Shown piece after piece: positions 25,555 to 36,936 of a stretch of 64,000 bases of DNA. This DNA comes from an uncultured delta proteobacterium (GTDB lineage Bacteria > Desulfobacterota > Binatia > UBA9968), in NCBI GenBank assembly GCA_963755715.1, contig CAVWLW010000074.1, positions 32,001 through 96,000 on the forward strand, in the 5' to 3' direction. Each line of letters starts with the position of its first letter. Position 1 is the first letter of the stretch. Under the pieces are notes generated by a model that was not told the origin of the DNA, did no database searches, and worked only from the letters and a program-made list of their open reading frames with translations. Position numbers and translations under genes: made by a program.

Positions 25555-28309
25555 ATGCAACTGTCCAAGGCTTACAGTCACAAAGACGTCGAATCAAAAT
25601 GGTACGCTCACTGGATGAACGCAGGCCTTTTTGCCCCGGCGAAAGGCATCGGTCGATACTTCTCGATCGTGATTCCACCGCCCAACGTTACCGGTTCGCT
25701 GCACATGGGCCACGCGCTCAACAATACGCTGCAAGACATTCTCTGCCGCTATAAACGCATGGATGGCTTCCGCGTGCTGTGGGTTCCGGGCACCGACCAC
25801 GCCGGTATCGCGACCCAAAACGTCGTCGAGCGGCAACTGGCGCAGAAGGGAATAAGCCGCACCGAGCTCGGACGGGAAAAATTTATCGAGAGAGTTTGGC
25901 AATGGAAACGGGAGGCCGGTGACGCAATCCTGCATCAGCTCAAGGCGCTCGGCGTTTCCTGCGACTGGGCTCACGAACGCTTCACGATGGACGAAGGGCT
26001 TTCGCGCGCGGTGCGCGAAGCATTCGTCAAACTCTGGGAGGACAAGCGTCTCTATCGGGCGCAGCGACTGATCAATTGGTGCCCGCGCTGCAAAACCGCG
26101 CTCGCCGACATCGAAGTGGTGCACGAAGAGGCTGACGGCAGTCTTTGGCACATTCGTTATCCCCTGGCCGATGATCCAGCACACGCCCTTATCGTGGCGA
26201 CCACCCGACCGGAAACCATGCTCGGCGATACTGCCGTCGCCGTGCATCCGGATGACGAGCGCTATCAAGGATGGGTCGGCAAAAAAATTCGCTTGCCAAT
26301 TACCGGACGCATCGTCCCGCTCATCGCCGACCCATTGGTCGATCGCGAATTTGGCACCGGCGTGCTGAAGATCACGCCGGGACACGATTTTAACGATTTC
26401 GACATCGGCGAGCGTTTCGGCTTGGATAAGGTCAGCATCTTCGACGCCGACGCGCGCATCGACGCCGCTTCGTTCTTGGATCGCGGTGAGAGCGGTGAAT
26501 GGATCGAACGTTATCGCGGCAAAGATCGTTTCGAAGCGCGGAAGTTCATCGTCGCGGAATTGAAGGAAAAGGGCTTTCTCGAAAAAACCGAGCCGCATAA
26601 GCTCGCGGTCGGTCGTTGCTATCGCTGCCAGACGGTCATCGAGCCATACTTAACGCCGCAGTGGTTTGTCGATATCAAGCCGCTGGCGGAGCCGGCGATG
26701 GCGGTGGTGCGCGAGGGCAAGATCAAGATTATTCCCGAAGGCTGGAGCAATTCCTATTTCGCCTGGATGGAAAACATCAAAGATTGGTGCATCTCGCGAC
26801 AAATTTGGTGGGGCCATCAAATTCCCGCCTGGTATTGTCTGCGCTGCGAGGCGTCGAACTTGATCAAAGGCGCGGACGGCGAATATCGGCTCGGCAAAGA
26901 TGCTAAACCGATCGTTGCGCGTGAGGTCCCGGCAAAGTGTCCGACTGTGTGGCGGCAAAGAACTCATTCAAGACCCCGACGTGCTCGATACTTGGTTTTC
27001 TTCTGGCTTGTGGCCGTTCTCGACGCTGGGTTGGCCCGATCAGACCGTGGATTTGAAGGATTTTTATCCAACTTCGACGCTTGTTACAGGTTTCGACATT
27101 CTTTTTTTCTGGGTTGCGCGCATGATCATGATGGGACTCAAATTCATGGGCGACGTGCCGTTTCGCGACGTCTACATCCATGCATTGGTGCGCGACGAAC
27201 AGGGACAGAAAATGTCCAAGTCCAAGGGCAACGTCATCGATCCGCTCGACGTCATGAGCCAATACGGCACCGACGCGTTCCGCTTCACGTTGGCCGCGAT
27301 GGCCGCCATGGGACGCGATATCAAGCTCGCCGAAGATCGGATCGCAGGGTACCAAAACTTCGTCAACAAACTTTGGAACGCCGCACGATTCGTGCAAATG
27401 AATTTGGGCGCGGCGGATGGCGCTAACGGCAATTCCAGCGGCGTTATCGACGATCGCGATCTCGGCTTCGCCGAACGATGGATTCGCTCGCGGCTCGCCT
27501 TTGCCATAGCCGAGGCGCGCAACGCGATCGACAGCTATCGTTTCAATGACTATGCGAACGTTCTTTATCAATTTACCTGGCACGAGTTCTGTGATTGGTA
27601 CATCGAGATGAGCAAGCTTGCGCTCAATAGCGCCGACGCCAACGTGGCGGCGCGAAGCCGAAAACTTCTGCGCGAATTGTTGGATCAGATTCTCTTGCTG
27701 CTGCATCCGGTGATGCCGTTCGTGACTGAAGAGATTTGGCAGGTGCTAGGCGACAACCGCACCAGTGTCATGGTGCAGCCTTACCCCGTCGCGCAACCGG
27801 GCTGGATTGACGAAGAAACTGAAAAGCAAATGACGTTCTTGACCGGAGTGATTCGCGCTATCCGTAATCTTCGCACCGAGATGAATTGTCCGCCGGGGAA
27901 AGAAGTGCGGGTAGTTTTTTGCGGAGCAGATGCGGATCTCGCTTTTCTGCGCGAGCAGGAAGCCTACCTACGTTCGCTCGCGCGGGTCGGCGCGTCCGAA
28001 TTTCGCCAAGCTGGCGACCGGCCCAAAGGCGCGGCCACCGCTGTGATCGGCGCCATGGAAATTTATTTACCGCTGGACGATCTCGTCAATCTCGACGAGG
28101 AGCGAGCAAGACTAGCCAAAGAAGTCGGCAAGGTCGAAGACGAACTGGCGCGAGTGCAAAAGAAACTAGCCAATGGTGATTTCCTCGCCAAAGCCAAGAC
28201 CGAAGTGGTGCATAAAGAGCGGGAAAAGGCGACCCAGTTCGAGGAGAAAATTCGCACGCTGAGAAGCAGCCTGGAGAAGATTCAGGAAATCCAGGCGGGA
28301 AGGAGCTAA
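25555..28309 (+). CDS. valS: Valyl-tRNA synthetase, split by an apparent +1 frameshift near 26945
   Basis: PPPNVTGSLHMGH, DWCISRQ in the first ORF; DVLDTWFSS, KMSKS and C-terminal coiled coil in the second. Confidence 0.95.
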
Positions 28310-28313
28310 GCCG

Positions 28314-29168
28314 GTGGATATACACGTTAGCCCGCAGATAGAAAGATTGATCCGCGACTCTCTCGATGAGGATATTGGCGCGGGAGACTTGGCGACAATG
28401 GCGACGATCTCAGCCGAGTCGCGCGGCACAGGATTATTCCGCGCAAAAAAAGAGGGCGTGGTGGCAGGTTTGGTTTTGCTCGACCGTATTTTTTATTTTA
28501 TCGATCACAGAGTCGAGGTGCGCTTGCGCGCCAAGGACGGCGCGCAGGTCACGCCAGGCATGGTAGTGGCCGAAGCGATTGGGCCGGTGCGGGCGCTGCT
28601 ACTCGCCGAACGCACGGCGCTCAACTTTCTCCAGCGCTTATCCGGCAATGCGACGCTCACGCGCAAATACGTCGAGGCGGTGAAAGATTTTCCCTGCAAA
28701 GTTCTCGACACCCGCAAAACCACGCCGGGACTGCGCACGCTGGAAAAATACGCTGTGCGCATGGGCGGCGGCATGAATCACCGAATCGGCTTATATGACG
28801 CGGCACTGGTGAAAGACAATCACATCGAAGCGACGGGTTCGATCGCAGAAGCGGTGAAAGCCGTGCGCCGGCACGCGCCGTTCATGGCCAAAGTGGAAGT
28901 GGAGGCGAGCAGCTTGAAACAAGTTCAGGAAGCGATCGACGCGGGCGCCGACGTGATTATGCTCGACAATATGACCTTGGCGCAGATGGCCGAGGCGGTG
29001 AAGCTGGTTAATAAACGGGCGTGGGTCGAAGCTTCCGGCGGCATCACGCTCGAAACGATTCGACAAGTCGCCGCCACCGGTGTTGATTTTATTTCTTCTG
29101 GCGCGCTCACTCATTCCGCGCCAGTCGTTGATTTCAACATGAAGATTACTATGAATGTCGAAAAGTGA
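28314..29168 (+). CDS. nadC: Quinolinate phosphoribosyltransferase
   Basis: ERTALNFLQ, DTRKTTPGLR, KDNHI, EVE, MLDN, EASGG. Confidence 0.96.
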   Translation: MDIHVSPQIERLIRDSLDEDIGAGDLATMATISAESRGTGLFRAKKEGVVAGLVLLDRIFYFIDHRVEVRLRAKDGAQVTPGMVVAEAIGPVRALLLAERTALNFLQRLSGNATLTRKYVEAVKDFPCKVLDTRKTTPGLRTLEKYAVRMGGGMNHRIGLYDAALVKDNHIEATGSIAEAVKAVRRHAPFMAKVEVEASSLKQVQEAIDAGADVIMLDNMTLAQMAEAVKLVNKRAWVEASGGITLETIRQVAATGVDFISSGALTHSAPVVDFNMKITMNVEK

Positions 29169-29991
29169 TCCCGGTTTCATGCCAGCCACGGCCAGCGGCG
29201 CGCCCCTCGACGTCAGAAAAGTTCAAGAACAATTGACAGCGCGGCGCCTTGGCGCCAAGTTTCACTACTTCACCGAGATTAGCTCTACCAATACACACGC
29301 GCGCGAACTTGCTGAGCGCGGCGCCGCCGAAGGCGAGATCGTGATCGGCGAAACGCAAACTCACGGGCGCGGTCGCTTGGGCCGGCACTGGGAATCGCCG
29401 TCCCTCGTCAATCTTTACTTATCGATCATTCTTCGTCCCAAATTGGCGCCGAAGCACGCGCCGCAGATCACTTTGATGGCGGCTGTCGCCTTGGTGGAGA
29501 CCTTTGCTCCGTTGATTGCACAGGCGCCGATAATCAAGTGGCCCAATGATATTTTGGTGAATAGCAAGAAGCTGGCGGGGGTTTTGACCGAGGCGGCTTG
29601 CTCGGCGGACCTGATCGAACACGTGATCCTCGGCATCGGCATCAATGTCAATTATCGCGTCGATTCGATGCCGCCGGAGCTTCGTTCACGGGCGACTTCC
29701 ATCGCCGATCTGACGCGGAATAACGTCGATCGCGAAAACGTTCTGCTGCGATTGATTCAGGCCCTCGACCGGTGCTATGGAGAGCTTGAAGAATTCGGCT
29801 TCGACGCTCTGCGGCGGCGTTGGGAAGCGCATTTCGGTTGGCGCGGACGGCGCGTAAAGGTTCAGCATCTGGATCAAGTTCTCACCGGCCGGGCGCGCGG
29901 CATCGAACGGGATGGAGCGCTGGTTCTTGAGGACGATCATGGAGTGCTGCACAGTATTTATGCCGGAGACGTGATTCCGTTGGAGACTTGA
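29155..29991 (+). CDS. birA: Biotin-protein ligase (no N-terminal HTH)
   Basis: STN, QTHGRGRLGRHW, KWPND, KLAGVL, GIGIN. Confidence 0.95.
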   Translation: MSKSDPGFMPATASGAPLDVRKVQEQLTARRLGAKFHYFTEISSTNTHARELAERGAAEGEIVIGETQTHGRGRLGRHWESPSLVNLYLSIILRPKLAPKHAPQITLMAAVALVETFAPLIAQAPIIKWPNDILVNSKKLAGVLTEAACSADLIEHVILGIGINVNYRVDSMPPELRSRATSIADLTRNNVDRENVLLRLIQALDRCYGELEEFGFDALRRRWEAHFGWRGRRVKVQHLDQVLTGRARGIERDGALVLEDDHGVLHSIYAGDVIPLET

Positions 29992-30001
29992 AGTCCAATC
30001 C

Positions 30002-30796
30002 ATGCTTCTTGCCATCGATATCGGTAACACGAACATCGTTCTCGGCCTCTATCAAGGCAGAAAACTAGTCACCCACTGGCGTCTCGCCACGCAAGCGGAA
30101 CGAACCGCCGACGAATACGGCGTCATCATCTCGCAACTGATCGATTACTCCGGCCATCGCTGTCAGCAGATTTCCGCGATCGCGGTCTCGTGCGTCGTGC
30201 CGCCGATGCTGACGACCACGCAGGAGCTTGGGCAAAAATTTTTCCGAATCGATCCTTTGGTCGTCGGGCCGGGTATCAAGACCGGCATGCCGATTCTGTA
30301 TGAGAATCCCAAAGATGTCGGCGCTGACCGCATCGTCAACGGCATCGCCGCCTACGAAAAATATCACGACTCCTGCATCATCGTTGATTTCGGCACGGCG
30401 ACGACGATCGATTTGATTTCCAAGAAAGGCGAATACATCGGCGGCGCCATCGCGCCGGGGCTGTCGATATCGCTGGAAGCGTTGGTTCAGCGCGCCTCGA
30501 AGTTGCCGCGCATCGAGGTCATCAAGCCCAAAGAGGTCGTTGGCCGAAACACCATCCATTCGATCCAAGCCGGGATTTTTTACGGCTATGTCGGGTTGGT
30601 GGACGGCATCGTGCGGCGCATTCAAGATCAACACGACGGCCGTTCCAAGGTCGTCGCCACCGGCGGCTTGGCCCCTCTGGTGGCGTCGGAATGTTCGAGC
30701 ATCGATGAGGTGGATGAATTTTTGACGTTGGATGGTCTGCGCATTATCTACGAGAGGAATTCGCTTCAAGAAGTGAAAGTGAGAGCTCAAACTTAG
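30002..30796 (+). CDS. coaX: Type III pantothenate kinase
   Basis: IDIGNT, GADR, DFGTATT, GGAIAPG, ATGG. Confidence 0.96.
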   Translation: MLLAIDIGNTNIVLGLYQGRKLVTHWRLATQAERTADEYGVIISQLIDYSGHRCQQISAIAVSCVVPPMLTTTQELGQKFFRIDPLVVGPGIKTGMPILYENPKDVGADRIVNGIAAYEKYHDSCIIVDFGTATTIDLISKKGEYIGGAIAPGLSISLEALVQRASKLPRIEVIKPKEVVGRNTIHSIQAGIFYGYVGLVDGIVRRIQDQHDGRSKVVATGGLAPLVASECSSIDEVDEFLTLDGLRIIYERNSLQEVKVRAQT

Positions 30797-30824
30797 GATA
30801 ATCCGAAGGGAGGAATCCACTGTC

Positions 30825-32931
30825 ATGGCTGCAACGGAGCTAGACAAACTTCGTAATCTCGGCATTCTCGGCCAAGGAGGTTCCGGGAAAACCTCTTTGG
30901 GAGAGGCGATGTTGTTTGCGGCGGGAGCCACCCAGCGGCTGGGAAAAGTTCAAGACGGCACGTCGGTGTTGGACCATGAGCCGGAAGAAATCAAGCACCA
31001 TGTGTCGATCTCGACGGCGTTTCACTCCTTACCTTGGAAAAAATACGCCATCACTTTGATCGATACACCGGGCTACGCCGCGTTTCTCGCCGACTCGATC
31101 ACCTCCATGCGCGCGTTCGGTGGCGCGGTGTTTGCTCTCAATCCCGCCGTTAGGCTGCGCGTCGAGTCCGAGCAATTGTGGGCGAGAGCCAATGAGGACC
31201 GCGTGAGCCGCCTGCTTTTCGTGACCAAGATGGATCATGAGCCAGGCGACGTCGAACAACGGATCGCGCCGATTTTAGAAACCTTGGAAGCCAAAGGGGT
31301 CTATCTGCAAATGCCGATCGGCGCGGAGGCGAATTTCAAAGGCGTCGTCGATCTAATAGGGATGAAGGCGTATCTGTACGAAGGAGACGCGGGCAAGTTT
31401 GCCGAAACGGAGATTCCCGCGGATCTGAAGAGCACTGCCGACGAGTGGCGGCAAAAAATGATCGAGGACGTTTGCGAGACCGATGATCAACTGCTGGAAA
31501 AATTTCTTGACGGCAAGGAACCGAGCACGGAAGAATTAAAAAAAGCGATCCGCGAGGGCACCAGGGAACAGAAACATCTTTCCGATTCTCTTTGGCGCGC
31601 CGTTACGCCAAATCGGCATCGCGCAATTGCTCGATGCTGTCATCGACTATCTGCCATCGCCGCTCGATGAGGGCGAAGCGGAGGGGGTCAACCCCGCCAA
31701 TGGCGAAACGATCAAGCGCGCCGCCGATCCCAACGCTCCGTTTTCGGCCTATGTGTTCAAAACCGTGATCGATCCGTTCGCCGGCAAGCTTTCGATCATG
31801 CGGGTCATGTCGGGAAAAATCGCTCCGGACGTGACTTGCTACGTGCCGAGCCGGCAGGTGAAGGAAAAAATGGGTCACTTGTTTCGCCTCGAGGGCAAGA
31901 AGCAAGAAGCCGTGAAAGAAGCCGTGGCCGGTGAAATTGTCGCAGCGGCGAAATTCAAAGACATCGCCACCGGCGATACGTTGTGTGACGAAAAGGCGCC
32001 GGTCCGCTATGACGGCGCCGCGCATTTCTCGCCGAACATTTCTTTCGCTCTGGAGCCGAAAAGCAAAGCCGATGAAGACAAGTTGCCGCAAGGCTTGCAT
32101 CGCATGATGGAAGAAGATCAGACTATCGCGATGCATCGCGACGAAGAAACGCGCGACTTTATTCTTTCCGGTATGGGGCAGCAGCACATCGAGATCATCG
32201 TCGAAAAATTGAAACGCAAATACGGCGCGGAAGTCATTCTCAAAGCGCCCAAAGTGCCGTACAAGGAGACCATTCGCGGCAGCGCCAGCGCGCAGGGACG
32301 GTTGAAGAAACAGACCGGCGGGCGCGGCCAGTTCGGCGATACTTGGCTCAAGGTCGAGCCGTTGCCGGCGGGCAAGGGATTCGAATTCGTCGATCAAATC
32401 GTCGGCGGCGCGATCCCGCGCAATTATATTCCCGCCGTCGAGAAGGGCGTGAGAGAAGCGATGGTGGCCGGCTATCTGGCAGGTTATCAAATGGTCGACG
32501 TGCGCGTGACCCTCTACGATGGATCGTATCACGACGTCGATTCTTCCGACATGGCCTTCAAGATCGCCGCATCGATGGGATTTAAAAACGCCGTGGAAAA
32601 AGCCAAGCCGGTGCTTTTAGAGCCGGTGATGAATATGGAAATCTCGGTGCCCGACGAGTGCATGGGCGACGTGATCGGCGACCTGAACAGCCGGCGCGGC
32701 AAAGTGCTCGGCATGGACACCAAAGGCCACACCCAGGTGATCAAATCGCGGGTGCCGATGGCCGAGGTTTTAAAATATGCGCCCGATCTGCGTTCCATTA
32801 CCAGCGGGCGTGGCGAGTTTCATATAGAGTTTTCCCATTACGAAGAGTTGCCCGCACACTTGGCGGAAAAAGTGATCAAAGAAGCCAAGGCAAGCAAGGC
32901 GGGGGAGCATAACGGGGAACACAAAGCGTAG
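30825..32931 (+). CDS. fusA: Elongation factor G paralog (EF-G2 type), split by an apparent +1 frameshift near 31573
   Basis: GQGGSGKTS, DTPG, TKMD; KKQTGGRGQFG, DGSYHDVDSSDMAF, LLEP, DLNSRRG. No RGITI switch I. Confidence 0.9.
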
Positions 32932-32940
32932 GGTAGTTGT

Positions 32941-33159
32941 ATGGCGCAGTCCTTCGACCAGTTCAACGCGTCGTTGCTTTATTGCAGCAAATGCGGCCGG
33001 GCGATGCCGGTGCGTGAAAAATTGTTGCTGGTGCTGCCGGATGGCGAGCTTTATGACTACACTTGCCAGGGGTGCAACAGCTCGGTCGGGTCCAAAACTG
33101 AAAAAGCTGGGCTCGATCCAACGGGGAAAAATCCGCGATCGAGATTGGGAGGGCTTTAG
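32941..33159 (+). CDS. Small zinc-ribbon protein
   Basis: CSKC...CQGC; fits tightly between fusA and the amidohydrolase. Confidence 0.75.
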   Translation: MAQSFDQFNASLLYCSKCGRAMPVREKLLLVLPDGELYDYTCQGCNSSVGSKTEKAGLDPTGKNPRSRLGGL

Positions 33160-33161
33160 CG

Positions 33162-34190
33162 ATGGTGGTGATCGATTCGGACGCGCATGTCTTAGAGACA
33201 AATCATACTTGGGATTACCTGCTGGAGTCGGAGCGCGACATGCGGCCGCGCATCGTGCCGACGCCGAACGACTCGTTATCGGGCGGGGAATCTTGGTTGG
33301 TTGACGGCACTTACATCGGCAAGGCGCGCAACGTCGGCCACGATACCTCGAGAGAGGCGCGCGAGATGGAAGACATCAAAGCCCGTCTCAAACACATGGA
33401 CGAGCTCGATATCGACATCCAGGTGCTGTATCCGACGATTTTTCTGCGCCCGTTCACGCGCCGTCCGGAAGTCGAGCTGGCCGTGACCCGGAGCTACAAC
33501 CGTTGGCTGATCGATATATGGAAAAAGGCGCCGGAGCGCTTGCGCTGGGTGGCGGTGCTGCCGCTCTTGTCCATGGACAAAGCAATCGAAGAAGCGCGCT
33601 TTGCCAAAGAGAACGGCGCCTGCGGCATCTTCATGCGCGGCTTGGAAGGCGACAAGCATATCAGCGACCCACATTTTTTTCCGATCTATGAGGAAGCCGG
33701 CAGACTGGATCTGCCGATCTGCGTGCACTCCGCCACCGGCAGCTTCGCGGTGCATGATTACTTTCTCAACGAGTGCGGCTTTAACAAATTCAAGCTCGCC
33801 GTGGTCGGCTCTTTTCACTCGTTGATCTTCAATAAAATCCCGGACAAATTTTCGCACACCAAATGGGCCTTCATCGAAGTGAGCTCTCAATGGGTGCCCT
33901 ACGCGATTCACGACTACGCAAGGCGGTTCGAGCGCAGCGGGGTTAGCGTCGACAAGAGTCAGGTGCTGCGCAGGAACAAGATCTGGATCACGTGCCAGAC
34001 CGATGACGACCTGCCCTACGTGCTTAAATATTCCGGCGACGACAGGCTCGTGATCGGCACCGATTACGGCCATAACGATACTTCGTCCGAAATCTTGGCG
34101 CTGCGCAAATTGAAGGAAGACGGCGCGGTGCCGACTTCCGTCGTCAACAAAATCCTCGATGACAATGCGCGCGCTTTATATGGCCTATGA
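33162..34190 (+). CDS. Amidohydrolase-2 family protein
   Basis: IDSDAHV, QVLYPT, YNRWL, PICVH, GTDYGH. Confidence 0.88.
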   Translation: MVVIDSDAHVLETNHTWDYLLESERDMRPRIVPTPNDSLSGGESWLVDGTYIGKARNVGHDTSREAREMEDIKARLKHMDELDIDIQVLYPTIFLRPFTRRPEVELAVTRSYNRWLIDIWKKAPERLRWVAVLPLLSMDKAIEEARFAKENGACGIFMRGLEGDKHISDPHFFPIYEEAGRLDLPICVHSATGSFAVHDYFLNECGFNKFKLAVVGSFHSLIFNKIPDKFSHTKWAFIEVSSQWVPYAIHDYARRFERSGVSVDKSQVLRRNKIWITCQTDDDLPYVLKYSGDDRLVIGTDYGHNDTSSEILALRKLKEDGAVPTSVVNKILDDNARALYGL

Positions 34191-34212
34191 GACTTATTTA
34201 CTGTGACTGGAC

Positions 34213-35238
34213 ATGATTATTGATTTTCAAGCCCACGTCTTCCCCGAAGCTTACATCGCTGAAATGAATCGTCTCGACGGCGCCGTCGTTCTCGAGGAGC
34301 CTGATCCGCACAGCGGCATGAGGTACTTCTACGATAAGAAACTCAAATGCCGGATCAACACCGCGACGTTCCAAGGACAAGACATCGAAAAACGTTTAAA
34401 GCACATGGATGAATTGGGCATCGATATCCACGTGCTGACGATTCCCGCGCCCGGCGCGGACCGCTTCGAGAGTGATGACGCGATTCAGATCGCGCGCGTC
34501 GCTAATGATGCGATCGCGGCGATCGCGCGGCGCTATCCCAAACGGTTCATCGGGTTCTTCACCCTGCCGACCTGCGATATCAAAGCGTCGCTCGACGAGC
34601 TCGAGCGCTCGGTCAATGATCTCGGCCTACGCGGTTTCGGCTGCTTCGTAAATCTCAACGGCCAGGCTTTGGATCGGGAAGAGCTCTTTCCGATTTACGA
34701 ACAGCTGGTGAAATACAAGCTGCCCGTTTACCTCCATCCGACCGCGCCGCTGGCGACGGAAGCGACCGGCATCGACATCATGCCGACCTTGATCTTCGGT
34801 TGGGCGTTCGACAGCAGCGTGGCCATGACGCGCCTCGTGTATGGCCGGGTGCTCGAGCGCTTTCCGGAGATCAACTGGGTTGTCGCTGACGTCGGCGGTG
34901 TGTTGGCGTTCTTCGCGCAGCGCGCAATCAATATCTACACGGGACGCACCGACGAGATTCGGCACAAGTATGGGTTGAAAGAAAATCCGCTAGACTCGTT
35001 TCGACGATTTTACGTCGACACGGCCGATCACCCGGCATCGACGCTTCGTTGCGTGAAAGACTTTTTCGGTACCGACAGAATGGTCTTGGGCACCAACTAT
35101 CCTTATGGCCCGGAAGAAGGTTGTGTGCTGGTAAAAAACAGCCTCAAGGCGATCGACGGACTCGATCTCGATACAATGGACAAAGAAAAAATTCTCGGCG
35201 GCAACGCGGCGGGAATTCTTGGACTTGGAGCAACATGA
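34213..35238 (+). CDS. Amidohydrolase-2 family protein (decarboxylase/hydratase-like)
   Basis: IDFQAHV, MDELGID, AND, PVYLHP, FYVDT, GTNYPY, ILGGNA. Confidence 0.88.
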   Translation: MIIDFQAHVFPEAYIAEMNRLDGAVVLEEPDPHSGMRYFYDKKLKCRINTATFQGQDIEKRLKHMDELGIDIHVLTIPAPGADRFESDDAIQIARVANDAIAAIARRYPKRFIGFFTLPTCDIKASLDELERSVNDLGLRGFGCFVNLNGQALDREELFPIYEQLVKYKLPVYLHPTAPLATEATGIDIMPTLIFGWAFDSSVAMTRLVYGRVLERFPEINWVVADVGGVLAFFAQRAINIYTGRTDEIRHKYGLKENPLDSFRRFYVDTADHPASTLRCVKDFFGTDRMVLGTNYPYGPEEGCVLVKNSLKAIDGLDLDTMDKEKILGGNAAGILGLGAT

Positions 35239-36836
35239 ATTTCGCCAAAGCGGCACGACCGGTGATGATGGGGCAAAACGGCATGGTGTCCTGCGGCCAT
35301 CAGCTGGGGGCGCTTACCGGTATCGATATTCTTCGGGAAGGCGGCAACGCCGTCGACGCCGCGCTCGCGGCGGCGTTCGTCATGGCGGTAGTCAAGCCTG
35401 AGACGAGCGGTCCCGGAGGCGATCTGTTTGCGCTTGTCTACATGAGAAAGACGGGCAAAGTGGAGGCGCTCAACTCCAGCGGCCCCGCGCCGGCGAAAGC
35501 GACCATCGAGTATTTTCAGGAGCACGGGTTGAAGAGCATTCCGCAGTATGGACCGCTGAGCATCGCGGTGCCGGGCGCGGTGGACGGCTGGTTGGAGCTG
35601 CACAAAAAGTACGGCACGAAAGACTTATCGCGGTTGATGGCCGACGCGATTCACATCGCGCGCACGGGTTTTCCGATCTCACAAGAATTTGCCGAAAGTA
35701 TCGACGAGTTCAGCAATGAATTTCCCTGGGTCGATCGCTGCTACCGTCGGCCGTTCGGCATGCCGACGCCTGGAAAGATACTTGTACAAAAGGGTTTGGG
35801 CGACGTGCTCGATAGGATCGCGCAAAAAGGGCGCGACGGTTTTTACGCCGGCGAAATCGCCGATAAAATCTGCGCGACGATCAAAGCCGAAGGCGGCATT
35901 CTGGCGCCCGAAGATTTGCAGCCAATCGTTTGTCAGTGGCTGGATCCGGTCAGCTCGACGTACCGTAACACGCTGGTTTACGAGCAGCCGCCGGTATCCC
36001 AGGGCTTTATGGTTCTCGAGATGCTCAATATTGCCGAGCTGTGGCCCTTCCACGACGGCAGCATGAGCCAGGCTGATATAATTCATTGCCAAGTCGCGGC
36101 TAAGAAGCTGGCTTTCGAAGACCGCATCCGTTACCTGGAGGATCCGAAATTCGGCGATCCGAAAATCGCTATGCTGATTTCGAAAGAGTATGCAGCAAAG
36201 CGCCGTGAATTATTCGGTGAGATCATGAATCGGCCGACGGCAAGGATCGCGAATCAGAGCAGCGACACGACGTACCTTTGCGTGGCGGATCGAGACGGCA
36301 ACGCGATTTCATTTATCCAGAGCGTCTTCGCGCCGTTCGGCTCGCGCGTGATCGCCGGTGATACCGGCGTAATTATGAATAATCGCCTGTGCAGCTTCGG
36401 TCTCGATCCGAGCAGGGCCAATGCGGTCAAACCGGGAAAACGTCCGGCGCACACGCTCAACACCTACATGGTTTTCCGCGGCGACGAAGTCTTCGCCGTC
36501 GGCGGCAGCCCCGGCGCCGACGACCAGCCGCAAACGAACTTCCAGATCATTCACGATCTGGTCGATTTAGGGATGGATCCGCAAAGCGCCGTCGAAGCCC
36601 CGCGCTGGAGCCATCAACCGGGCACGCCGCCGCGCGACCAATTACCGGAGTCACTGCGTGTCGAAGAAGGCTTGGATCAACTGACCCTCGATAGTTTGCG
36701 CGAAAAAGGTCACGCTGTGTCGGTCGTCGAGCGCTGGTCGTTCGGCAGCGCGAAAGTGATTGTCAGAGATCAAGAGAACGGCTGTTGGCTCGGCGGCGCC
36801 GACCCGCGCCGTGTCGCCTACGCGTTGGGCTATTGA
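35235..36836 (+). CDS. ggt: Gamma-glutamyltransferase family (Ntn hydrolase)
   Basis: GGNAVDAA, VPGAVDGW, autocleavage SD/TTYL, PGKRPAHT, GADPRR; ATGA overlap with the upstream gene. Confidence 0.9.
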   Translation: MNFAKAARPVMMGQNGMVSCGHQLGALTGIDILREGGNAVDAALAAAFVMAVVKPETSGPGGDLFALVYMRKTGKVEALNSSGPAPAKATIEYFQEHGLKSIPQYGPLSIAVPGAVDGWLELHKKYGTKDLSRLMADAIHIARTGFPISQEFAESIDEFSNEFPWVDRCYRRPFGMPTPGKILVQKGLGDVLDRIAQKGRDGFYAGEIADKICATIKAEGGILAPEDLQPIVCQWLDPVSSTYRNTLVYEQPPVSQGFMVLEMLNIAELWPFHDGSMSQADIIHCQVAAKKLAFEDRIRYLEDPKFGDPKIAMLISKEYAAKRRELFGEIMNRPTARIANQSSDTTYLCVADRDGNAISFIQSVFAPFGSRVIAGDTGVIMNNRLCSFGLDPSRANAVKPGKRPAHTLNTYMVFRGDEVFAVGGSPGADDQPQTNFQIIHDLVDLGMDPQSAVEAPRWSHQPGTPPRDQLPESLRVEEGLDQLTLDSLREKGHAVSVVERWSFGSAKVIVRDQENGCWLGGADPRRVAYALGY

Positions 36837-36936
36837 TTCGTCAAGCACCGCGAAAGTCAGTTTGCTGGCCGCCCGCTTCCTTTAACATGCTGCTCAAAGG
36901 GTAACGCTTCGCCTTCCGACCGGCACAGGAGTAAAC

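Noticed and set aside
26900-27426. Programmed frameshift or split valS (and likewise fusA2)
   Set aside because: No slippery heptamer at either site; a single-base consensus error explains both.
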